Source: an uncultured Dehalococcoidales bacterium (GTDB taxonomy: Bacteria > Chloroflexota > Dehalococcoidia > Dehalococcoidales > UBA2162). Taken from it: 64,000 nt of DNA. Positions 8,863 to 17,635 of this stretch are shown piece after piece (position 1 is the first letter of the stretch; each line of letters begins with the position of its first letter). A program made the position numbers and the translations under genes. The notes under the pieces are model-generated. The model was not told where the DNA came from. It saw only the letters and a list, made by a program, of their open reading frames with translations, and did no database searches. Location of the stretch: the NCBI GenBank assembly GCA_964453525.1, contig CAYVOV010000009.1:64686-128685 (forward strand). The letters are read 5' to 3'.

Positions 8863-10086
8863 ATGGAAACAGCCGAAATTGAATTCATTTCCGGTGGTAC
8901 AGTTACAACTCCTGAAGGCTTTTTTGCCGGAGCTGTACATGCCGGAATTAAGAAAAGTCCAGAAGATGATAAACTGGACCTCGGTATTCTCTATTCTGAG
9001 GCACCCTGTACGACCGCCGGGATATTCACCAGCAGCAGGATTCAGTCGGCACCGATAATACTCTGCCGAGAGAGAATAAAGAAGGGTAGAGCGGTGGCGG
9101 TAATAGCAAACAGCGGCTGCGCCAATGCCTATACCGGCGAGCAGGGGCTTGCCGATGCTGCCGAGATGGCCGCTCTCGCCGCCAATGGTATCGGAGCAGC
9201 GCCGGAGGAGGTCCTCGTCGCCAGTACCGGCGTTACAGGTCAACTGCTGCCGATGGATGTGATAAGAGCCGGGATTGAAAAGATAGCACTCTCCCAGGAA
9301 GGCGGCCACCAGCTTGCCCGGGCGATAATGACTACCGATACCGTTCCCAAGGAGGCGGCGGTGGCTGTTAAATCCGGTGACGGCGAGTTCACAATCGGCG
9401 GAATAGCCAAGGGTTCAGGAATGATTCATCCTGATATGGCGACGATGTTTTGCTTTCTGACGACCGATGCTGCCGTTGAGCTTGAATTCTTGAGGTCGGT
9501 ACTGAAAAAAACAGCGGACATTTCTTTTAATATGATTTCCATTGATGGCGATACCAGCCCGAGTGATACGGTTTTGCTCATGGCTAACGGCCTGGCGGGG
9601 AATGAGAGCATAAAAGAAGGCAGCCCTCTGGCGGATACATTCCAGCAGGCACTCGAAAAGGTCTGTATATACCTGGCAAAAGCCCTTGCTCGTGATGGTG
9701 AAGGAGCGACAAGACTCATCCAGGTAACAGTTAACGGGGCCGGTAGCGATGCAGACGCTAAAAAGGCGGCGAAATCAGTGATAGGTTCGACCCTTGTCAA
9801 GACGGCCGTATATGGGGGCGACCCGAACTGGGGACGGATTATTATGGCACTGGGGCACAGTGGAGTTGGCATGGAGTTAGAGGATATCGACCTCTCAATC
9901 GGAGACGTAAACGTTTTAAAGGGCGGCAAACCTCTTTCTTTCAAAGAAGAGGATGTTATCCGTGTTTTCAAACAGGAGGAAGTACCGATAAGGGTGAACC
10001 TGAACGGGGGCGCGGCCTCGGCTACCGCCTGGGGTTGCGACCTCTCCCAGGATTACGTGGTGATAAACAGTCAGTATATGACCTGA
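8863..10086 (+). CDS. argJ: bifunctional ornithine acetyltransferase / N-acetylglutamate synthase
   Basis: NSGCANA, IMTTDT and ATMFCFLTTDA (autoprocessing Thr region) motifs. Confidence 0.93.
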   Translation: METAEIEFISGGTVTTPEGFFAGAVHAGIKKSPEDDKLDLGILYSEAPCTTAGIFTSSRIQSAPIILCRERIKKGRAVAVIANSGCANAYTGEQGLADAAEMAALAANGIGAAPEEVLVASTGVTGQLLPMDVIRAGIEKIALSQEGGHQLARAIMTTDTVPKEAAVAVKSGDGEFTIGGIAKGSGMIHPDMATMFCFLTTDAAVELEFLRSVLKKTADISFNMISIDGDTSPSDTVLLMANGLAGNESIKEGSPLADTFQQALEKVCIYLAKALARDGEGATRLIQVTVNGAGSDADAKKAAKSVIGSTLVKTAVYGGDPNWGRIIMALGHSGVGMELEDIDLSIGDVNVLKGGKPLSFKEEDVIRVFKQEEVPIRVNLNGGAASATAWGCDLSQDYVVINSQYMT

Positions 10087-10142
10087 TTATTGAAAAAAAC
10101 ATTACAAAATGCCGGCAAATATAATATAACAGGAGTAAAAAA

Positions 10143-11243
10143 ATGGCACTTATTGATTTTGGCGGGACAAAAGAAGAGGTAGTTATGCGGAGCGAATTCC
10201 CGATGGAAAAAGCCCGCGAGGTTCTCAAGGACGAGACCATCGCTATCATCGGATACGGAGTACAGGGACCGGGGCAATCGCTCAACCTGAAAGACAATGG
10301 TTTCAGGGTGATAATCGGGCAGTCGAAGGATTTCCAGGAAGACTGGGACCGTGCCGTAGCCGACGGCTGGAAGGCCGGAGAAGACCTTTTTGAGATTGAG
10401 GAGGCGGTAAAACGCGGGACAGTCATCGAATTTCTTATTGCCGATGGAGCACATAAGGCGGTCTGGCCGTCAATCAAGGCGAACTTAAATCCCGGTGATG
10501 CCCTGTATTTCTCACACGGCTTTTCTATTGTCTATAAGGACCAGACCGAGGTTATACCCCCAGACAATATAGATGTGATTATGGTCGCTCCTAAAGGCTC
10601 GGGGACGTCTTTACGTCGTAATTTCCTTTCGGGTGAAGGAATTAATGCCAGTTTTGCTGTTGCTCAGGACTACACCGGCAGGGCAAGGGAGAGGTGCATA
10701 GCTTTGGGTATCGGTATTGGCTCAGGTTATCTTTTCCCTACCACGTTCGAAAAAGAAGTCTACAGTGACCTTGTCGGAGAGCGCGGTGTGCTGTTAGGAG
10801 CGCTGGCGGGAATAATGGAAGCCCAGTATGATGTTCTTCGGGAACACGGGCACAGCCCCAGCGAGGCTTTTAATGAGACGGTAGAGGAGTTAACGGAGAG
10901 TTTGATAAAACTCGTAGCGGAGAACGGGATGGACTGGATGTATGCTAACTGTTCCGCCACCGCACAGAGAGGTGCTCTTGACTGGAAGCCTAGATTCAAA
11001 GAAGCAGTAATGCCAGTGTTCAAGGAACTATATAAGAAGGTTGCTAACGGCGATGAGACCCGTCGCGTGATAGAAAGTACCGGCAGGCCTGATTACAAAG
11101 AACTGCTTGGCAAGGAACTGAAAGAGATGGGTAACTCAGAAATGTGGCATGCCGGTAAAGCAACCCGTGAGTTAAGGCCTAAGGAAGCAGCGAAGGAAAT
11201 CTCGGAATCAACCAAAGGAGTTGCCGGCAGGCAATATAGCTAG
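10143..11243 (+). CDS. ilvC: ketol-acid reductoisomerase family protein (divergent IlvC-like)
   Basis: IAIIGYGVQGPGQSLNLKDNG Rossmann motif, IDVIMVAPKGSG, TTFEKEVYSDLVGERGVL. The gene is embedded between argJ and argB. Confidence 0.7.
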   Translation: MALIDFGGTKEEVVMRSEFPMEKAREVLKDETIAIIGYGVQGPGQSLNLKDNGFRVIIGQSKDFQEDWDRAVADGWKAGEDLFEIEEAVKRGTVIEFLIADGAHKAVWPSIKANLNPGDALYFSHGFSIVYKDQTEVIPPDNIDVIMVAPKGSGTSLRRNFLSGEGINASFAVAQDYTGRARERCIALGIGIGSGYLFPTTFEKEVYSDLVGERGVLLGALAGIMEAQYDVLREHGHSPSEAFNETVEELTESLIKLVAENGMDWMYANCSATAQRGALDWKPRFKEAVMPVFKELYKKVANGDETRRVIESTGRPDYKELLGKELKEMGNSEMWHAGKATRELRPKEAAKEISESTKGVAGRQYS

Positions 11244-11255
11244 CCGTTTTACAGG

Positions 11256-12053
11256 TTGAAAGAATTGGAAAAAGTAATCGTTGTCAAGATTGGCGGAGCG
11301 ACACTCGGCAGTCATGATACCGCTATCGAAGACATAGTCGAGCTTCAGAAGCAGGGTAAGCCGGTGCTGGTCGTACATGGCGGTGGTAAGCTTATAACCG
11401 AGTGGCTAAAAAAGCAGGGTGTAGAGACAAGCTTCGTCAGAGGCGAGCGGGTAACTGACGGACCGACCCTTGAGGTTGCAACGGCGGTGCTTGCCGGACT
11501 GGTGAATAAGGATATCGTTAGTGCTATTAATGCTCTGGGTGGCAAGGCAGTCGGTATAAGCGGCGTTGACGGGGCTGTTATCCAGGGTAAGATTGCCGAA
11601 AAGGAGAAGGGCTATGTTGGCACCGTGACCAAGGTAGATACGAGCCTGCTGGAGGCTCTACTTGAGGCGGGCTTTACTCCGGTGGTCTCCCCGATTGGGC
11701 TTAATTCCGGTGACAGACCGGCTGATGAACCGCCGACGCTCAACTATAATGCCGATGTCATCGCCGGTGAAATAGCTGCTGCCATAAATGCTGAAAGGCT
11801 GGTCTTTCTGACAGATGTGGAGGGCGTCAGTGATGAATCAGGTAAACTTATTTCTTTAATGACTCCTGAAGAAGCCAATGCTTTGCTAGATTCGGGTGTT
11901 GCCTCTGGTGGAATGATTCCCAAGATTAAAGCCTGCCTTACAGCTTCATCAGTTACCCCATCGACGTGTATTATAGATGGTAGAAAATCCCACGCCCTCT
12001 TGAGCGAGATAGGGGGAAAAAGTAAGGGAACGGTTATACAACAGGGGAGTTAA
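11256..12053 (+). CDS. argB: acetylglutamate kinase
   Basis: VVKIGGA, VLVVHGGG and NYNADVIAGEIA motifs. TTG start. Confidence 0.92.
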   Translation: MKELEKVIVVKIGGATLGSHDTAIEDIVELQKQGKPVLVVHGGGKLITEWLKKQGVETSFVRGERVTDGPTLEVATAVLAGLVNKDIVSAINALGGKAVGISGVDGAVIQGKIAEKEKGYVGTVTKVDTSLLEALLEAGFTPVVSPIGLNSGDRPADEPPTLNYNADVIAGEIAAAINAERLVFLTDVEGVSDESGKLISLMTPEEANALLDSGVASGGMIPKIKACLTASSVTPSTCIIDGRKSHALLSEIGGKSKGTVIQQGS

Positions 12054-12061
12054 AGGGGGGT

Positions 12062-12208
12062 GAAGCCCCTAATCCAAGACTGATATCCCCCTTTAGAAAA
12101 GGGGGATTAAGGGGGATTTTATAAATCCCTATCGGTCTCCCCTTCGACAGGCTCAGGGTAAGCTCTTTACGAAAGGGAGAGGTTAAAAAAAGAAATTCTA
12201 AGGAATGA
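12062..12208 (+). repeat. Rep-1 composite repeat (copy 2)
   Basis: gaagcccctaatccaagactgatatccccctttagaaaagggggattaagggggattttataaatccctatcggtctccccttcgacaggctcagggtaagctctttacgaaagggagaggttaaaaa. Confidence 0.9.
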
Positions 12209-12263
12209 TATAAAGGGGATAGGGCTTAACAATAAAATACCTCAATAATCAGGAGATAAAAAA

Positions 12264-13445
12264 ATGACTGACTGGCAGGAGATGGACAGCAAATACTATA
12301 TGCAGACAATAGTACGCCACCCGGTAACACTGGTACGGGGAGAGGGCGTTCGTGTCTGGGATGACAAGGGCAAGGAGTATCTTGACTTTGTCGGCGGGCT
12401 GGCGGTCAACTGCCTCGGGCACTGCCACCCGGTAGTTACTGAAGCTCTATCCGAGCAGGCGCGTACCCTGATGCAGACTTCGCTCTGGTATTACACCGTT
12501 CCCATGCTTAAACTCGCCGAACTGCTGGTCAATAATAGCTGCATGGACAGGGTTTTTATCTGCAACAGCGGACTTGAAGCCAATGAAGGTGCCACTAAAC
12601 TCGCCCGCCGCTACGGTGCTCTGAACCTGAATGGGGCTTACGAGGTGATTACAACAAATAACTCCTTTCACGGCCGCTCTCTTGCCCTGACGGCGGCAAG
12701 CGGGCAGGTGAAGATGCACACCCCGTTCGAGCCGCTGCCGGCAGGCTTCATAAACGTGGAAAATGATGATATCGGGGCGATAAAATCTGCAACTACGGAA
12801 AAGACCTGTGCCATTATGCTGGAGCCGATACAGGCGGAAGGCGGGGTTAATGTTGCTGCCGACGATTACCTGAAAAAGGTAAGAGACTGGTGTAATAGTA
12901 AGGGTATTTTGCTCATTCTTGATGAAGTCCAGACCGGAATAGGCCGCCTGGGGACGCTATTCGGTTACCAGCTTTACGGTGTGGAACCGGATATCATGAC
13001 CCTTGCCAAGGGTCTGGGTGGCGGCATACCTATCGGGGCACTGCTGGCAAAGGAGAAGGCGGCGGTCTTCACCCTCGGTGACCATAATGCCACCTTCGGC
13101 GGTAATCCGGTTACAAGTGCAACCGCCTACGCCACGCTGAAGTATGTCCTGGACAATGATGTGGCAGGTAACGCCCGCAGAGTCGGAGAATATTTTATCG
13201 ATAAGCTGAAAAGCCTGAAAGGGAAGTACTCTTTCATCACCGATGTACGGGGGCGGGGGCTGCTGCTGGCCGTCGAGTTTGATAAGGAGATAGCCCAAGA
13301 CGTGGTAGCAGGTTGTATAGAGAACGGGCTGCTTATTAACAGGCTGAAACCCACCGCCATCCGCTTCATACCACCACTGGTCGTCACTGAAAGTGAAGTT
13401 GATGAAGGGCTGGCGATACTGGATAAGGTACTGGCGGGAATATAA
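12264..13445 (+). CDS. argD: acetylornithine aminotransferase
   Basis: Class-III aminotransferase motifs: SGLEANEGA, LILDEVQTGIGRLG, TLAKGLGGG (PLP Lys). Confidence 0.92.
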   Translation: MTDWQEMDSKYYMQTIVRHPVTLVRGEGVRVWDDKGKEYLDFVGGLAVNCLGHCHPVVTEALSEQARTLMQTSLWYYTVPMLKLAELLVNNSCMDRVFICNSGLEANEGATKLARRYGALNLNGAYEVITTNNSFHGRSLALTAASGQVKMHTPFEPLPAGFINVENDDIGAIKSATTEKTCAIMLEPIQAEGGVNVAADDYLKKVRDWCNSKGILLILDEVQTGIGRLGTLFGYQLYGVEPDIMTLAKGLGGGIPIGALLAKEKAAVFTLGDHNATFGGNPVTSATAYATLKYVLDNDVAGNARRVGEYFIDKLKSLKGKYSFITDVRGRGLLLAVEFDKEIAQDVVAGCIENGLLINRLKPTAIRFIPPLVVTESEVDEGLAILDKVLAGI

Positions 13446-13638
13446 TCCGGCAAAATGAGGAGTACAAGTAGAGAGTAACTACACTCAAGTAAATACTGAT
13501 ATCAAAGCACTAAATTCTAGACAATATCAAAATACTAAATCCAAAACTTTTGTGATTTGGATTTGTTTAGAGTTTATAAGTTAGGATTTAGGATTTTAAA
13601 AAAGGTGATAGGGTAGATATAAAAACAGGAGACTCAGA

Positions 13639-14889
13639 ATGGCAGAAAAAGTGGTTCTGGCTTACAGCGGAGGGCTTGATACCTCGGTAGCGATAAAATG
13701 GCTTAAAGAAAAATATGACATGGATGTCATTGCCGTTAATATAGATGTTGGCAATGAGAAAGATTTTAGCGCCGTCCGCCAGAAGGCACTCGATATTGGC
13801 GCTATCAAAGCCAGGATAATTGATGCCAAGGAGCTGTTCATAAAATATTTCGTTTTCCCGGCGTTGCAGGCGAATGCTGTCTATGAAGGGCAGTACCCCC
13901 TGGCAACGGCACTAACCCGGCCGCTGATGGCTAAACTGCTGGTTGATGTGGCGGTGGAAGAGGGAGCAACGGCCATAGCCCACGGCTGCACCGGCAAAGG
14001 GAATGACCAGGTGAGGTTCGATATAAGCATTAATGCCCTGGCGCCGGACATGAAAATTATCGCCCCGGCAAGAGAATGGGGTATGACCCGGGAAGAGACC
14101 ATTGCCTATGCTAAGGAGCATAATATCCCGATTCCTGTTACCGTCTCCAGCCCGTACTCGATTGACGAATGCCTCTGGGGAAAAGCTATAGAGTGCGGCG
14201 ACCTCGAAGACCCGTGGGCAGAACCGCCGGAAGACGCCTTCACCTGGACGACTTCACCTGATAAGGCTCCCGACCAGCCTCAGTACATTGAGATTGGTTT
14301 TGACAAGGGAATCCCGGTATCCATAGATGGAGAGGAAATGGATGGAGTTAGTCTTGTCCGGCAGATGAACGAAATAGCCGGCAAGCATGGCATCGGCAGA
14401 ATCGACCATATCGAAGACCGGGTGGTCGGAATAAAGTCGCGTGAGGTATACGAGGCACCAGCAGCTGTGGTACTGCTGCAGGCGCATCAGGCGCTTGAAG
14501 CGATAACAATGTCAAAGGACCAGCTTGATTTCAAACAAAAGGTAGCCCAGGAGTATGCCGACCTTATCTACGGGGGACTCTGGTTCAGCGGGCTGAACAG
14601 AGACCTGTCTGCCTATATTATCAGCTCGCAGCGCTACGTGACCGGAACGGTAAGGCTGAAGCTGTATAAGGGCCACTCCACGATTGTAGGGCGGAAATCA
14701 CCGAAGTCGCTCTACAACCTCAGCCTGGCAACTTACGATGTGGGTGATAAATTCGACCAGAGCGCCTCGGTCGGCTTCATTCACCTCTGGGGACTGCCGC
14801 TGAAGAACCAGGCTCAGGTGCAGCTACTTGGTGATAACGAAGGCCCGCTGAGCATTATGGGACCAAAAGAGGAAGAGGAAGAAGAATGA
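13639..14889 (+). CDS. argG: argininosuccinate synthase
   Basis: VVLAYSGGLDTS and AHGCTGKGNDQVRF motifs. Confidence 0.96.
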   Translation: MAEKVVLAYSGGLDTSVAIKWLKEKYDMDVIAVNIDVGNEKDFSAVRQKALDIGAIKARIIDAKELFIKYFVFPALQANAVYEGQYPLATALTRPLMAKLLVDVAVEEGATAIAHGCTGKGNDQVRFDISINALAPDMKIIAPAREWGMTREETIAYAKEHNIPIPVTVSSPYSIDECLWGKAIECGDLEDPWAEPPEDAFTWTTSPDKAPDQPQYIEIGFDKGIPVSIDGEEMDGVSLVRQMNEIAGKHGIGRIDHIEDRVVGIKSREVYEAPAAVVLLQAHQALEAITMSKDQLDFKQKVAQEYADLIYGGLWFSGLNRDLSAYIISSQRYVTGTVRLKLYKGHSTIVGRKSPKSLYNLSLATYDVGDKFDQSASVGFIHLWGLPLKNQAQVQLLGDNEGPLSIMGPKEEEEEE

Positions 14890-16253
14890 GCAATATACGC
14901 GGTCGGTTTCAAAAAGACGCCGATAATGCAGCAGCGCAATATACCACATCGATTTCCTGTGACTGGCGACTCTACTCCTACGATATTGCCGGTAGCATCG
15001 CTCATGCCCGGATGCTGGCCAAACAGGACATAATTACCAACCAGGAAGCGGAGGCAATTGTTAAAGGGCTGGAAACTATCGGTAGGGAAATAGAAGAAGG
15101 CACCTTCAAATTCAAACCGGAGCTTGAAGACATCCATATGAATATAGAAGCCGGACTGATTGAGAAAGTCGGCGAGGTGGGGGGCAAGCTCCATACTGCC
15201 CGCTCCAGAAACGACCAGATTGCCCTGGATATGCGTTTATTTACAAGAGACGCAATTAATGACACGCTATCCGCTCTGAAGAAATTCCAGCAGGCTTTAA
15301 TAAATCTGGCTGAGGCAAACCGGGATGTGATTATGCCCGGATATACTCATTTACAGAGAGCGCAGCCGGTCTTATTCGCCCATCACCTGCTTGCCTATTT
15401 TGAGATGCTGCAGCGAGATGCTGAGCGGTTCAGTGACTGCTTGAAGCGGGCGGATGTTATGCCCCTCGGCAGCGGGGCTGTTGCCGGTGTTGCCTATAAT
15501 ATCGACCGTGAGTTCCTGGCTAAAGAGCTTGGTTTCAGTCGGGTAAGCGGTAACAGCATGGATGCTGTCTCGGACCGGGACTACATCATCGAGTATGAAG
15601 CTGCAGCAAGTATCTGCATGATGCACCTCTCCCGCCTGGCCGAGGAGATTATTCTCTGGTGCTCAGCCGAGTTCGATTTTATTGAGCTTGATGATGCCTA
15701 TGCCACCGGCAGCAGCATTATGCCGCAGAAGAAAAATCCGGACATCGCCGAGCTTGTCCGGGGCAAGACGGGACATGTTTACGGCAGCCTGGTGGCTTCA
15801 CTGACTATGATGAAGGCTCTGCCGCTTTCCTATAACCGGGATTTGCAGGAGGATAAGGAGGAATTCTTCGACTGCGTGGATACGTTGCTCTCAAGTTTGG
15901 AGGTATTTACCGGGATGGTTGCCACCCTGCGGATTAAAGCCGAAAACACCGGTCAGGCAGCCGGAGAGGGATATATACTGGCTACCGACCTTGCCGACTA
16001 CCTTGTGAAGAAGGGAGAAGCCTTCCGGAACGCCCATGATATAGTTGCCAGGCTGGTAAGCTATGCCGAGGAAAAAGGTAGTTCCTTTGATAAGATTACC
16101 CTGGACGAATATAAAGAATTCTCATCCATGTTTGAAGATGATGTTTTCTCGGTTACCGTGAAGTCGTCTCTTGAAGCAAGGGATAACATCGGTGGTACCG
16201 CTCCGAAGCAGGTAGCGGAGGCGCTGAAACGCGCCAGGAAAATGATAGGTTAG
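14886..16253 (+). CDS. argH: argininosuccinate lyase
   Basis: LHTARSRNDQ, GYTHLQRAQP and GSSIMPQKKNPD (fumarate-lyase signature) motifs. 4-nt overlap with argG. Confidence 0.96.
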   Translation: MSNIRGRFQKDADNAAAQYTTSISCDWRLYSYDIAGSIAHARMLAKQDIITNQEAEAIVKGLETIGREIEEGTFKFKPELEDIHMNIEAGLIEKVGEVGGKLHTARSRNDQIALDMRLFTRDAINDTLSALKKFQQALINLAEANRDVIMPGYTHLQRAQPVLFAHHLLAYFEMLQRDAERFSDCLKRADVMPLGSGAVAGVAYNIDREFLAKELGFSRVSGNSMDAVSDRDYIIEYEAAASICMMHLSRLAEEIILWCSAEFDFIELDDAYATGSSIMPQKKNPDIAELVRGKTGHVYGSLVASLTMMKALPLSYNRDLQEDKEEFFDCVDTLLSSLEVFTGMVATLRIKAENTGQAAGEGYILATDLADYLVKKGEAFRNAHDIVARLVSYAEEKGSSFDKITLDEYKEFSSMFEDDVFSVTVKSSLEARDNIGGTAPKQVAEALKRARKMIG

Positions 16254-16344
16254 TTTATAAAATCCATCCTCTGCCCCTTCCTTTTCAAAAGTAAGGGGGG
16301 CAAGATAAGATATTAAAGCTTCAGGTATATTAATAAAAAGAGGT

Positions 16345-16505
16345 GTGAAGAGGGACAAAGCCCCTTCTCCAAGACCAATATCCCCCTTTTTAAAAGGGGG
16401 ATTAAGGGAGATTTAATCATAAATCCCTCTCAATCTCCCCTTCGACAGGCTCAGGGCAAGCTCTTTACGAAAGGGAGAGGTTAAAAAGGAATTTTGGAGA
16501 ATGAC
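16345..16505 (+). repeat. Rep-1 composite repeat (copy 3)
   Basis: gaagagggacaaagccccttctccaagaccaatatccccctttttaaaagggggattaagggagatttaatcataaatccctctcaatctccccttcgacaggctcagggcaagctctttacgaaagggagaggttaaaaaggaatttt. Confidence 0.9.
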
Positions 16506-16569
16506 ATTTGATGTGAAGTTCTTAATTAAGGGGGTGAGGTTGACAAAAAACCTTCGGAGGGGGTAGCTG

Positions 16570-17244
16570 ATGCCTGAAAGTAGACCTAAAATAAAAATAG
16601 CGCCATCCATTCTATCGGCGGACTTCGCCCGCCTTGGGGAGCAGGTTGCCGAGGTCACAGAAGCCGGTGCCGACTATATCCATGTTGATATAATGGACGG
16701 GCATTTCGTGCCAAATATAACAATAGGGCCGGCAGTGGTAGCGGCTATCCGTCCTCATACCAGCATACCGCTGGATGTGCACCTGATGATTGAAGAGCCG
16801 CAGCAGTACATAAAACAGTTCGTTGATGCCGGGTCTGACATTATCACCGTTCATGCGGAAGCCTGCCCTCACCTCCACGGCACGGTACAGGCGATTAAGA
16901 AATCCGGTGTTAAGGCAGGTGTCTCAATTAATCCCGGCACTCCGCTGGAGGAACTGAGCGAAATTCTGACTTACCTTGACCTTGTACTGGTGATGTCGGT
17001 CAATCCGGGCTTTGGAGGACAGGCTTTTATCGAGGAATCGCTGGACAAGATAGCGCGGTTAAGGGCCGAGCTTGATAAAAGAGGGTTGTCTGCCGAGCTT
17101 GAGGTTGACGGCGGTATTAATACTGAAGTAGCGCCACGAGTGGTCAAGGCTGGTGCCAGGGTGCTGGTGGCCGGAGCAGCGGTTTTCAATGCGGGAAAGT
17201 CTGTCAAAGAAGCGATACAGCAGATAAGAGATAGCCTGGGTTAG
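16570..17244 (+). CDS. rpe: ribulose-phosphate 3-epimerase
   Basis: [27 protein letters not shown] and [11 protein letters not shown] motifs. Confidence 0.95.
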   Translation: MPESRPKIKIAPSILSADFARLGEQVAEVTEAGADYIHVDIMDGHFVPNITIGPAVVAAIRPHTSIPLDVHLMIEEPQQYIKQFVDAGSDIITVHAEACPHLHGTVQAIKKSGVKAGVSINPGTPLEELSEILTYLDLVLVMSVNPGFGGQAFIEESLDKIARLRAELDKRGLSAELEVDGGINTEVAPRVVKAGARVLVAGAAVFNAGKSVKEAIQQIRDSLG

Positions 17245-17299
17245 AAGCAGTATAATGCACAGGCCTGTGAGGGATTAAACACACTGGTATAATTATAGA

Positions 17300-17503
17300 C
17301 TAACTCGCAGCGGCCGGCTGTATTTTGACTTCTTTATGGTGAGTGCGTAGACACCTGGTACAGAGGTTGAGTCGCTTCTTTTTCCCGTCTACAATAAGGG
17401 TAACCGGATGAATATTGGGTACCCAGCGCCGGTTGGTGCGGCGTTTTGAGTGGCTTACATTATGCCCGAACTGGGGTGTTTTACCGCAGAAATCACACTT
17501 CAA
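17300..17503 (-). CDS. rpmB: 50S ribosomal protein L28
   Basis: CDFCGKTPQFGHNVSHSKRRTNRRWVPN. Confidence 0.93.
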   Translation of the reverse strand: MKCDFCGKTPQFGHNVSHSKRRTNRRWVPNIHPVTLIVDGKKKRLNLCTRCLRTHHKEVKIQPAAAS

Positions 17504-17635
17504 TTGTTCTTCCCCTTGACCGTTAAATCATATTTAAAGTAATATTCTTTTAACATACTATCATAGTGAGGGAAGCCTGACAAGGGTGTGGGGGTAACAC
17601 TTGAAGACCTGGAGCAGGCGATAACTCTATCTTAG

